Positions 1 through 7,401 of a stretch of DNA of 32,000 nt are shown here, piece by piece. A program made the translations under genes and the position numbers. Below the pieces are notes generated by a model that was given only the letters and a program-made list of their open reading frames with translations, did no database searches and had not been told where the DNA came from. Position 1 is the stretch's first letter, and each line of letters opens with the position of its first letter. The DNA is taken from assembly GCF_000016745.1 (NCBI RefSeq), contig NC_009483.1, positions 480,001-512,000 on the forward strand. Direction: 5' to 3'. This DNA comes from Geotalea uraniireducens Rf4. GTDB lineage: Bacteria > Desulfobacterota > Desulfuromonadia > Geobacterales > Geobacteraceae.

Positions 1-791
1 AGTGCTTCGATGGCGAACCGGGCGGAACAGGCGCCGGTGAACCAGAGGGCCAGTGACGCGGGCAACAGCAGGGCGGCGAAGACAAAGATGCACACTTTCG
101 TATACGCCTCTCCCCGGACCAGGGGCAGTGTCGGTACGCCTGCCCGCCGGTAATCGTCCTGGTGCTTGAGGGCCAGGGCCCAGAAATGGGGCGGCTGCCA
201 GAGGAGCATGACGAGAAACAGGATCAGGGGTGCGCTGCTGATGGTACCGCTGACGGCACTGGCGCCGACGAGAACCGGCAGCGCCCCGGGAATCCCCCCG
301 GGCACGACTCCCCAGGGAGAGCGACGCTTGAACCAGAGCGTATAGAGGGGCGTGTAAGAGAATATTGCCAGGAGGATCAGGGCCGTTGTCAGCCGGGGGA
401 GGAACGTTATGCTGAGCGCCAGCGCGGCGAACAGCATTCCCGCCGCGGCTACCGTTGCTCGCTGCGCTCCAATGCGCTCAAGCGAGGCAACCCGTCTATG
501 CAGCCGCGCCATCCGGGCATCCAGCTTTGCATCCAGGACGCCATTAATCATGGCAGCAGCGGCGGCGGCCAAAAGCAGCGCGGTCAGGCAGATCAGGCAC
601 TCTTTTGTTCCGGGCATGCCCCTTCCAGCCAGGACCATGCCGGTAAATCCCGCCAGGGTCGCTGCTGCGACAATTCCCGGCTTGGTCAGGACGAAAAAGG
701 CTGCACACCATCCGGCTTTCCTCTCTGCACAACCGCTCCCCGCATTTTCCCCTGTTTCCGCTATAAGGTCGATAATGCACCCCCCTTGATT
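1..791 (-). CDS. ctaB: Protoheme IX farnesyltransferase (heme O synthase, UbiA family); 3' end lies outside the window and the 5' end is anomalous
   Basis: Hand translation of the minus strand (absent from the ORF track because it runs off the window). It reads ...FFVLTKPGIVAAATLAGFTGMVLA...AAMINGVLDAKLDARMARL...YTPLYTLWFKRRSPWGVVPGGIPGALPVLVGA...LLWQPPHFWALALKHQDDYRRAGVPTLPLV..., a typical CyoE/CtaB pattern. It directly follows ctaA. There is no ATG/GTG/TTG in this frame between the ctaA TGA (792-794) and the TKP motif. Confidence 0.85.
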
Positions 792-1652
792 TCATCCTTG
801 ATTTGAAATTGTAATTACTTCACGCGCCCACATCCAGACCAGCGCCGAGAGCATGGCCAGCGCAACCGCCAGGTGCAGGGCCGTTGCCGCGAAGTTGAGC
901 CCGGATTGCACAACTCCCGCTCCTACGCCGATCTGCAGGATTCCGGTTATGACGAGGAAGAGGGCCGGCTTGCGCTGCCTGCGGAGGCGTTCGTCCATCA
1001 AGGCGGCGATGTAGAGGATGGCCGTTGTGATGAGGATGAGATAGGCCAGCAGCCGGTGGGAAAAATGGATACGCATCGGCCCATCCAGAAGCGGCGGCAG
1101 CCAGTGCCCCAGGCAGGTGGGAAAGTCGGGGCAGGCGAGCCCTGCCTGGGCATGGCGCACGTATGCGCCGAGGGCTGCCTGGGAGAATATCAGTGCCCCC
1201 AGACCGAAAAAGAGCAGCGCATATCCTTTGAGGCTGAAGCCTGCCGGTTCCTTTTCTCCGTCAAATGCGGCCATGTAGAGGACGGAGATAAAGACCAGCA
1301 GGCCGGTCACGAAGTGGATGGTGGTGAGCTGCAGCGGCAGTTCCAGGAGAACGGCAAATCCGCCGATGACGATCTCCGCTGCGACGAGACCGACGGCTGC
1401 CAGGGGGACCGCTTTTGCCGCTCCATGGTAGCTCCTGAAGCGAACGTAACCCAAGGCCAGGAGAAAAACGGTTGCAGTGGCGGCGATCACCCGGTGCATG
1501 AATTCCATCCAGATGTCCAGCCGGAACGGTGGGAGCAGCCGCCCCTGGCAGAGAGGCCAGTCCGGGCAGGCCATGCCCGCCTTCATTCCGGCAACCAGGT
1601 TGCCCCAGATCAGGAGCAGAAAAAAGAGTGCAACGGTGATACGACCGAGCAT
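792..1652 (-). CDS. ctaA: Heme A synthase (COX15/CtaA family)
   Basis: 286 aa polytopic membrane ORF with paired Cys motifs (MACPDWPLCQG, LACPDFPTCLG) and conserved His residues typical of CtaA. AAGGAGG Shine-Dalgarno (SD) sequence 7 nt upstream. Located in the cox cluster. Confidence 0.9.
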   Translation of the reverse strand: MLGRITVALFFLLLIWGNLVAGMKAGMACPDWPLCQGRLLPPFRLDIWMEFMHRVIAATATVFLLALGYVRFRSYHGAAKAVPLAAVGLVAAEIVIGGFAVLLELPLQLTTIHFVTGLLVFISVLYMAAFDGEKEPAGFSLKGYALLFFGLGALIFSQAALGAYVRHAQAGLACPDFPTCLGHWLPPLLDGPMRIHFSHRLLAYLILITTAILYIAALMDERLRRQRKPALFLVITGILQIGVGAGVVQSGLNFAATALHLAVALAMLSALVWMWAREVITISNQG

Positions 1653-1671
1653 GGAAACCTCCTTGAAAGCT

Positions 1672-1776
1672 GTTCTACGTTCGAGGTTCTATGTTCTACG
1701 TTGAAAACCTCAAACCGTAACCTCGAACCTCGAACCTCGAACCTCGAACCTTGAACGTAGAACGTAGAACGTAGAA
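1672..1776. repeat. Intercistronic heptamer arrays: 4x CCTCGAA (+1 degenerate CCTTGAA) and 3x CGTAGAA, preceded by the same heptamers in inverted orientation
   Basis: Read directly. 1721-1748 is (cctcgaa)x4, 1749-1755 is ccttgaa, 1756-1776 is (cgtagaa)x3. 1672-1701 is g-ttctacg-ttcgagg-ttctatg-ttctacg. 1672-1686 is complementary to 1749-1763 at 14/15 positions. Confidence 0.9.
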
Positions 1777-1781
1777 CAGCC

Positions 1782-2045
1782 TTACCTGAACATCGTGTCC
1801 GCCAGCGTGCCGAAGATGATCAGCGCCAGGAAGAAGAGGGGGAAGATGGCAAACGCCCAGACCAGCCTGTTCTCGTAGCGAAGCTGCATGAAATAAAGGG
1901 CGACGAGCGCAGCCTTTGCCGAGGCTATGGCCATGGCGACCGCCACGTTCCCCATCCTCAGGTCCAGGTAGGAGACCCCCCAGGTCGCCCCGGTCAGGAT
2001 GAGGAGGGCGATCCAGACGATGATGCAGGTACGATAAGCGGCCAT
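1782..2045 (-). CDS. coxD: Cytochrome c oxidase subunit IV (prokaryotic COX4/CtaF-like small membrane subunit)
   Basis: ORF 1782..2096. The likely start is the ATG at 2045 (MAAYRTCIIVWIALLILTGATWGVSY...). About 87 aa with 3 predicted TM helices, positioned after coxC. Confidence 0.75.
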   Translation of the reverse strand: MAAYRTCIIVWIALLILTGATWGVSYLDLRMGNVAVAMAIASAKAALVALYFMQLRYENRLVWAFAIFPLFFLALIIFGTLADTMFR

Positions 2046-2064
2046 TGAATTCCTTGCATTTTTG

Positions 2065-2143
2065 CCACAGAGCCACAGAGACTCAAAGAAAACCACAAAA
2101 TCAGCCTTTCTCTGTGAACCTCCGTGTCTCGGTGTCTCCGTGG
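2065..2143. repeat. Intercistronic tandem/inverted short repeats (CCACAGAG x2; GTGTCTC x2)
   Basis: 2065-2082 is ccacagag-ccacagag-ac. 2123-2143 is c-gtgtctc-g-gtgtctc-cgtgg. The two arms are imperfectly complementary. Confidence 0.7.
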
Positions 2144-2159
2144 TGGATTTTCTCTTTTT

Positions 2160-2750
2160 TCAGCCGATCAGGTACAAAAGCGGAAACAGGTATATCCAGA
2201 CCAGATCCACAAAGTGCCAGTAGAGCCCGGTTATTTCCACCGGGGTGTGCTCCTCCGCCGAGAATTTCCCCCTGCCGGCCATGACGAGCATCGTGGCGAG
2301 TGCCGCCATGCCGGCAAAGACATGGATGGCGTGGAGGCCGGTCATCATGTAGTAGAGGGAGAAGAAGTTGTTCGTCCGCGGCAGCTCCCCGCGGGCGAAA
2401 TGCTCCGCGTACTCGGCGTACTTGATGCCGAGGAAGGCGGCGGCGAGCAGGATGGTAAGAAGAAGGCAGCGCTTGAGCGTCCCGGTTTTCCCCTCCCTGA
2501 TGGCCGCAATCCCCAGCGCCACCGTCAGGCTGCTCGTGATGAGGACCACCGTGTTGATCGCTCCGAACAGCCGGTTCAGCTTCAGGTATTCGGTGTGGAA
2601 CATCTGCGGGTCCCCGACCCGCAAGACGGTATAGGCGGTGAAGAGCCCGCCGAACAGGAGCACCTCGGTGGCGAGGAAGGCCCAGATGCCGAGCTTGGCG
2701 GTCTCCAGCGCGGCGCCTTGCTGTTCGGTTGTGTGTTTCGTTTCCGTCAT
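2160..2750 (-). CDS. coxC: Cytochrome c oxidase subunit III
   Basis: 196 aa multi-TM ORF with the typical COX3 C-terminal pattern (...GLYWHFVDLVWIYLFPLLYLIG). Lies between coxA and coxD. Confidence 0.9.
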   Translation of the reverse strand: MTETKHTTEQQGAALETAKLGIWAFLATEVLLFGGLFTAYTVLRVGDPQMFHTEYLKLNRLFGAINTVVLITSSLTVALGIAAIREGKTGTLKRCLLLTILLAAAFLGIKYAEYAEHFARGELPRTNNFFSLYYMMTGLHAIHVFAGMAALATMLVMAGRGKFSAEEHTPVEITGLYWHFVDLVWIYLFPLLYLIG

Positions 2751-2769
2751 ATATCTATCCGCCGGGATC

Positions 2770-2844
2770 GAGGAGCGAGGGACGAGGTTCGAGGCTGAAA
2801 AATCCTCGTTCCTCTATCCTCGCTCCTCATTCCTCATTCCTCAT
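2770..2844. repeat. Intercistronic hairpin plus 3x heptamer TCCTCAT
   Basis: gaggagcgagg (2770-2780) pairs perfectly with cctcgctcctc (2818-2828). acgagg (2782-2787) pairs with cctcgt (2804-2809). tcctcat x3 occupies 2824-2844 and overlaps the coxA stop codon. The heptamer ttcgagg (2788-2794) is shared with the 1672-1776 spacer. Confidence 0.85.
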
Positions 2845-4472
2845 TCTTTGCTCCTCGAACCTTTATCATCCTTCTTCCCATAGCCGTATGGCCAGTCGGT
2901 GACGACCGGGATCTCCGCGAAATTCTCCGTCTGCGGCGGAGAAGATGTCTGCCATTCCAGGGTCAGTCCCCGCCAGGGGTTTGCCGGCGCCGGCCTGCCC
3001 CGGAAGAGGTTGTACGCGAAGTTCCAGAACATGATGAACACCCCGATTGCCAGGACCCACGATCCCACGGTGGAGACGATGTGCAGATCCTGGTACTGGG
3101 GAGGGTATTCGGCCCAGCGGCGCGGCATCCCCTTCAAGCCCAGGATGAACATGGTGAAGAAGGTGACGTTGAAGCCGATGAAGATGAACCACCAGGCAAC
3201 CCTGGCGAGCCTCTCGCTCGCCATCCGTCCGCTCATCTTCGGGAACCAGTAGTGGAGCCCGGCAAAGAAACCCATCACCGTCCCCCCCATCATGGTGTAG
3301 TGGAAGTGGGCCACCACGAAGTAGGTGTCGTGGAGCTGGACATTGGTGCCGAGGGCCCCGAGGAAGGGGCCGGTAAGCCCCCCCGCGATGAAGAGGAAGA
3401 TGAAGGTCAGGGCATAGAGCATGGGGGACTCGAAGGTGATGGACCCGCGGTACATGGTGGCGATCCAGTTGAAGACCTTGATCCCGGTCGGCACGGCCAC
3501 GAAGAAGGTGAGGAACGAGAATATCACGCTGGCGGTGCTCGACATGCCGCTGACGAACATGTGGTGCCCCCAGACGAGGAAGCCGATGAAGGCGATGGCG
3601 AGCGACGACGAGGCGATGGCCCGGTAGCCGAAAATCGGCTTGCGGGAAAAGACCGGGATCACCTCGGATATGATCCCCATGGCGGGGAGGATCATGACGT
3701 AGACCACCGGGTGGGAGTAGAACCAGAAAAAGTGCTGGAAGAGGAGCGGGTCGCCCCCCTTGGCCGGGTCGAAGAAACCGATGCCGAAGAGCCGCTCGGC
3801 GGCCAGAAGCAGGAAGGTGATGCCGATCACCGGGGTGGCCAGCACCTGGATGATGCTCGTGGCGTACATCCCCCAGATGAAGAGGGGGAGCCGGTTCCAG
3901 GTCATCCCCGGCGCCCGCAGCCGGTGGATGGTGACGATGAAGTTGATTCCCGTGAGGATCGACGACATTCCCACCAGGAAAAGTCCGAGGGAGAGGGTGG
4001 TGACCGCGGCGCCGGTCCGTGCCGAGTAGGGGGTGTAGAAGGTCCAGCCGGTGTCCATGGGGCTAGAGAGGGAGGCGAGGGTGACGATGATCCCGGCGAC
4101 GAAGATCCAGTAGCTGATGATGTTGAGCCGGGGGAAGGCCACGTCCCTGGCGCCGATCATGATGGGAATGAAGAAGTTCCCCAGTGCCGAGGGGATGGCC
4201 GGGATGATGAAGAGGAAGATCATCAGGGCGCCGTGGAGGGTGAAGAAGACGTTGTAGGTGTGGTCGGAGATTAAGCCGGGGCCGGGCGTCATCAGCTTCA
4301 GGCGCAGCAGCATGGCGAACATCCCGCCGACGAAGAAGAAGAGGAGGGTGGTGAAGAGGTACATGACCCCGATCCGCTTGTGGTCCAGGGTGTAGGCCCA
4401 GGACCGGAAACCTTTCTCGGTCAGGTAGCCGCGGTCGGCGGTCGTATGGCTTTCGGCAAGTTCCGTCATCAA
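2841..4472 (-). CDS. coxA: Cytochrome c oxidase subunit I (heme-copper oxidase catalytic subunit)
   Basis: 543 aa, 12-TM type, with hallmark segments [47 protein letters not shown]. Confidence 0.97.
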   Translation of the reverse strand: MMTELAESHTTADRGYLTEKGFRSWAYTLDHKRIGVMYLFTTLLFFFVGGMFAMLLRLKLMTPGPGLISDHTYNVFFTLHGALMIFLFIIPAIPSALGNFFIPIMIGARDVAFPRLNIISYWIFVAGIIVTLASLSSPMDTGWTFYTPYSARTGAAVTTLSLGLFLVGMSSILTGINFIVTIHRLRAPGMTWNRLPLFIWGMYATSIIQVLATPVIGITFLLLAAERLFGIGFFDPAKGGDPLLFQHFFWFYSHPVVYVMILPAMGIISEVIPVFSRKPIFGYRAIASSSLAIAFIGFLVWGHHMFVSGMSSTASVIFSFLTFFVAVPTGIKVFNWIATMYRGSITFESPMLYALTFIFLFIAGGLTGPFLGALGTNVQLHDTYFVVAHFHYTMMGGTVMGFFAGLHYWFPKMSGRMASERLARVAWWFIFIGFNVTFFTMFILGLKGMPRRWAEYPPQYQDLHIVSTVGSWVLAIGVFIMFWNFAYNLFRGRPAPANPWRGLTLEWQTSSPPQTENFAEIPVVTDWPYGYGKKDDKGSRSKE

Positions 4473-4656
4473 CCGTTTCCTGTGGGTAGTGCCGGTAGCA
4501 GAGGTCGCAGACTAAAGTATAGCACGTCTAGTGCACCCCGCACCGTCCGGCAAGGAAAAATCGGGTTCAGGAGGAGCCAAGTCCTGGTCCACCATTCATC
4601 GGTTTTGTCATGGATCCACCGTTGCGATGCCGTCCGTTTTATGATACTAGATACCC

Positions 4657-4947
4657 ATGGGCAAACAGGAGATCATTGACATAATCAGGCACAGCAAGCC
4701 GGAAATAGAAGCCCGTTATGGTGTCATGCGGGTGGGACTATTCGGCTCATATGTGCGCGAGCAGCAGCGCAAAAAGAGTGACATCGATATCCTCGTCTCC
4801 TTTGATCGGGATATAGACCTGTTCGAGTTCATCGATCTGCAGGAATTCCTGGAGGCACTGCTTCATCACAAGGTCGACCTTGTCATGGAAAAAGCCCTCA
4901 AACCTGCCATCGGCAAACGCATCATCTCCGAGGTAGAGTATGTATAG
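4657..4947 (+). CDS. mntA: Nucleotidyltransferase-domain protein (MNT-type antitoxin of a HEPN/MNT pair)
   Basis: 96 aa with the minimal nucleotidyltransferase motif GLFGSYVREQQRKKSDIDILV. Overlaps the downstream DUF86/HEPN gene by 8 nt. Confidence 0.85.
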   Translation: MGKQEIIDIIRHSKPEIEARYGVMRVGLFGSYVREQQRKKSDIDILVSFDRDIDLFEFIDLQEFLEALLHHKVDLVMEKALKPAIGKRIISEVEYV

Positions 4948-5276
4948 GGGGCGGGAGATATCCGACTATCTCGACGATATCCGCAATGCCATCGCGGAGA
5001 TAGAGGAATTTACCCACGGTATGACCTTTGAGACGTTTGCAGCGGACAAAAAGACCGTCAATGCAGTCATCAGGAGTCTCGAAGTGCTTGGAGAGGCTAC
5101 AAAAGGCATCCCTGCAACCTTCCGCAAAAAAATATCCCGATATCCCCTGGAGCAAGATGGCCGGCATGCGCGACGTACTAATCCATGACTATATGGGAGT
5201 CGATCTCATAACGGTCTGGAAAGTCGCCAAGGAAAGGTTGCCGGAGCTTAAGTCCCTGCTTGAAGGGATGAGCTGA
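4940..5276 (+). pseudogene. hepT: HEPN (DUF86) toxin, split by a +1 frameshift in an A7 run
   Basis: The N-terminal half is in the frame of ORF 4940..5188 (...DDIRNAIAEIEEFTHGMTFETFAADKKTVNAVIRSLEVLGEATKGIPATFRKK). The C-terminal half is in the frame of ORF 5028..5276 (KYPDIPWSKMAGMRDVLIHDYMGVDLITVWKVAKERLPELK) and carries the RxxxxH HEPN motif. The frames join if one A of 5126-5132 is removed. Confidence 0.8.
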
Positions 5277-5353
5277 GAGTCCTTGTCAAAGTTGCAATCC
5301 TAATCCCGACGCCCCCCTTAATCCCTTATCGCCAATTAAAAACAGGAGAGAGT

Positions 5354-5692
5354 ATGAGCAGTTTGCCAAAATGTCCGAAATGCAGTTCAGAATACACATA
5401 CGAAGACGGGAATATGTATGTTTGCCCGGAATGTGCCCATGAATGGGCAATGGTTGCGGCCGTAGAGAGCAGCGAGCAGCGTGTCGTGCGTGATGCCTAT
5501 GGGAACGTACTGAATGACGGTGACTCTGTCACAGTGGTGAAAGATCTGAAGATAAAGGGCTCGACATCTGTAGTTAAAGTGGGGACCAAGGTCAGGAATA
5601 TCCGTCTTATTGAGGGCGACCATGATATCGACTGCAAGATTGACGGCATTGGCGCGATGCAGTTGAAATCAGAGTTCGTAAAAAAGGCGTAG
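5354..5692 (+). CDS. yjdM: YjdM/PhnA zinc-ribbon protein
   Basis: 112 aa. N-terminal CPKC...CPEC zinc ribbon and the conserved C-terminal [24 protein letters not shown]...[23 protein letters not shown]. Confidence 0.9.
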   Translation: MSSLPKCPKCSSEYTYEDGNMYVCPECAHEWAMVAAVESSEQRVVRDAYGNVLNDGDSVTVVKDLKIKGSTSVVKVGTKVRNIRLIEGDHDIDCKIDGIGAMQLKSEFVKKA

Positions 5693-5746
5693 CTCAGCGC
5701 ATAAAGAGAAGGGCGTGGGTTTGGAAAATGCCTACAGCGGCAGATC

Positions 5747-6049
5747 CTACGCAGCCTTCGATAACGGCTGTACTTGTCGCAACCTCTGGACCAGCATTTT
5801 TTCAGCGGTTTTCAGGTCATAGCTGGTTTGCAGGTTCATCCAGTAGGTCGGTGTCTGGCTAAATACCTTTCCAAAAAGTACAGCCAGCTCAGCAGTAACA
5901 GGGCGTGAGCCCTTGATAACATGTGATATCCGCATTGGTGAAACGCCAATTGCATGAGCAAAAGCATTTTGCGACATGCCAAGTTCGTCGAGTATTTCCT
6001 TCAGGAATACCCCGGGATGAATGGGGGGAAGTCCGTTTTTGATGACCAT
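5747..6049 (-). CDS. higA: HigA-family antitoxin (XRE helix-turn-helix)
   Basis: The internal ATG at 6049 has an AAGGAG SD. Sequence IHPGVFLKEILDELGMSQNAFAHAIGVSPMRISHVIKGSRPVTAELAVLFGKVF...TYWMNLQTSYDL is typical HigA. Immediately downstream of higB. Confidence 0.9.
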   Translation of the reverse strand: MVIKNGLPPIHPGVFLKEILDELGMSQNAFAHAIGVSPMRISHVIKGSRPVTAELAVLFGKVFSQTPTYWMNLQTSYDLKTAEKMLVQRLRQVQPLSKAA

Positions 6050-6060
6050 GAGATTTCTCC

Positions 6061-6342
6061 TTAATGGTAGTCGGTTATTTCGACATCCGTTGCTTCGCCG
6101 TTGGCAAAATTGAAGCATATTCGCCACTGGTCATTAATCCTGATGCTCCACTGTCCTGCTCTATCGCCGGAAAGAGTTTCAAGGCGGTTTGATGGAGGCA
6201 TCAGCAAATCCGATACCTCGCGTATATTGTCCAATTGCGTCAAGCGCATGATCGCGCGGGTGATGATTTCCGTAGGGAGCTTTTTTGACTTCCCGGTTGT
6301 AAAGAGTTTTTCTGTTTCTTTGTTTGCGAATGAAGTAATCAT
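6061..6342 (-). CDS. higB: HigB-family toxin (RelE/ParE superfamily mRNA interferase)
   Basis: MITSFANKETEKLFTTGKSKKLPTEIITRAIMRLTQLDNIREVSDLLMPPSNRLETLSGDRAGQWSIRINDQWRICF is typical HigB. Start chosen at the ATG at 6342 (93 aa) rather than the TTG at 6378. Toxin-first gene order. Confidence 0.85.
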   Translation of the reverse strand: MITSFANKETEKLFTTGKSKKLPTEIITRAIMRLTQLDNIREVSDLLMPPSNRLETLSGDRAGQWSIRINDQWRICFNFANGEATDVEITDYH

Positions 6343-6350
6343 TGATAAAA

Positions 6351-6371
6351 ATATAAACAATTTGTTTATAT
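6351..6371. promoter_or_regulatory. Perfect 10-1-10 palindrome ATATAAACAA-T-TTGTTTATAT, putative HigBA operator/promoter
   Basis: Read directly. Lies 9 nt upstream of the preferred higB ATG. AT-rich and TATA-containing. Confidence 0.5.
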
Positions 6372-6459
6372 AAATCAACCCTGAAAGAGCGAAAAAGGTG
6401 CTGGATAGTCCTCCCTTAGCCTTTTGACCCTCCTGCCGCGAGATCTTTCTCAGCGCCGT

Positions 6460-7395
6460 TCACTTCAGCGTCTTGATATAGACGATGATCGCTGTTATGT
6501 CGTCGTCCTTCAGCATCCCCTTGTAAGAGGGCATGACCGGCTGGAACCCCTTGATTACCTTGACGTTGGGCTCCTCGATGTAGTTCTTGATGTACTGCTC
6601 GTCGGCCGTAGTGGTAGTGCCGTCGGTAAAGGTCACCGTCCTGCCGAACAGCCCCTTCCAGGTGGGGCCTATCTTCGGCGAGCCGTCGATGGAGTGGCAT
6701 GCCAGGCAACCGGACTTTTCCGCTAGCTCCTTACCCTTCTCCCACAGCGGCTCCCCTTTCTCCTCCTCCTCTTTGCCCGCCAGCCACTCCCGGTACTCCT
6801 CCTCGGGCATGACGATCATGACGGCGCGCATGGTCGAATGGCCGGTGCCGCAGTACTGGGTGCAGTAAATGTCGTACTTCCCTTCCTTCTCCGGCTGCAG
6901 CCAGAGGGAGGTATAGCTGCCGGGGAGGATGTCCTGCTTTAACCGGAACTCGGGAAGATAAAAGCCGTGAATCACGTCCGCGGAGGTCATGATGAACCTG
7001 ACCGGTTTCCCCTGCGGGACCCGCACTTCGTTGACGGCGGTCCGGCCATCCGGGTACTTGAACAGGTAAAGCCACTGCCTGGCCGTGACGTTGATTTCCG
7101 CGGTCCCCGGTGGCGGCGTGCGGATGTCCCGGAACACCAGGTAGCCGTAAATGAATATAGCCAGGATGAGAAACGATGGGACCACCACCCAGACGGTTTC
7201 CAGCAGTCGGTTGCCGGTTATGTAGGGGGTATCTGGCTCTTTCTCCCCCTTTCGCTTGCGATACCGGACGGCGAACCAGATGAGGGCGCCCTGGGTGATG
7301 AGAAAAAAGAAGAGCCCCACGAGCAAGATGAAGATAAAGAGGGCGTCCACCTCTTCGGCCAGCTGTCCGACCCGGGGGGCAAAGAAGATGTTCAT
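6460..7395 (-). CDS. coxB: Cytochrome c oxidase subunit II with fused C-terminal cytochrome c domain (caa3-type)
   Basis: 311 aa. CuA motif VIHGF...CTQYCGTGHSTM. C-terminal heme c site CLACH with a downstream Met (PVMPSY). Confidence 0.95.
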   Translation of the reverse strand: MNIFFAPRVGQLAEEVDALFIFILLVGLFFFLITQGALIWFAVRYRKRKGEKEPDTPYITGNRLLETVWVVVPSFLILAIFIYGYLVFRDIRTPPPGTAEINVTARQWLYLFKYPDGRTAVNEVRVPQGKPVRFIMTSADVIHGFYLPEFRLKQDILPGSYTSLWLQPEKEGKYDIYCTQYCGTGHSTMRAVMIVMPEEEYREWLAGKEEEEKGEPLWEKGKELAEKSGCLACHSIDGSPKIGPTWKGLFGRTVTFTDGTTTTADEQYIKNYIEEPNVKVIKGFQPVMPSYKGMLKDDDITAIIVYIKTLK

Positions 7396-7401
7396 GCGCT
7401 G

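Noticed and set aside
792-794. In-frame TGA between ctaA and ctaB as a selenocysteine codon
   Set aside because: I could find only a weak 4-bp stem (AAGG/CCUU) downstream and nothing resembling a bacterial SECIS hairpin. There is also no biochemical rationale for Sec at a linker.
162-806. 214-aa and 126-aa plus-strand ORFs, and the 83-aa minus-strand ORF 544..795
   Set aside because: The minus-strand frame encoding CtaB (WQPPHFWALA etc.) explains this region. The 83-aa ORF is the out-of-frame product of the ATGA-coupled ATG.
1719-1776. Possible CRISPR array
   Set aside because: The units are contiguous 7-mers with no spacers. The tract lies inside an operon spacer, and no cas genes are present in the window.
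3081-4274. 397-aa ORF on the plus strand
   Set aside because: It is antisense to coxA, and its product is a charged low-complexity (E/D/G/H/R) sequence.
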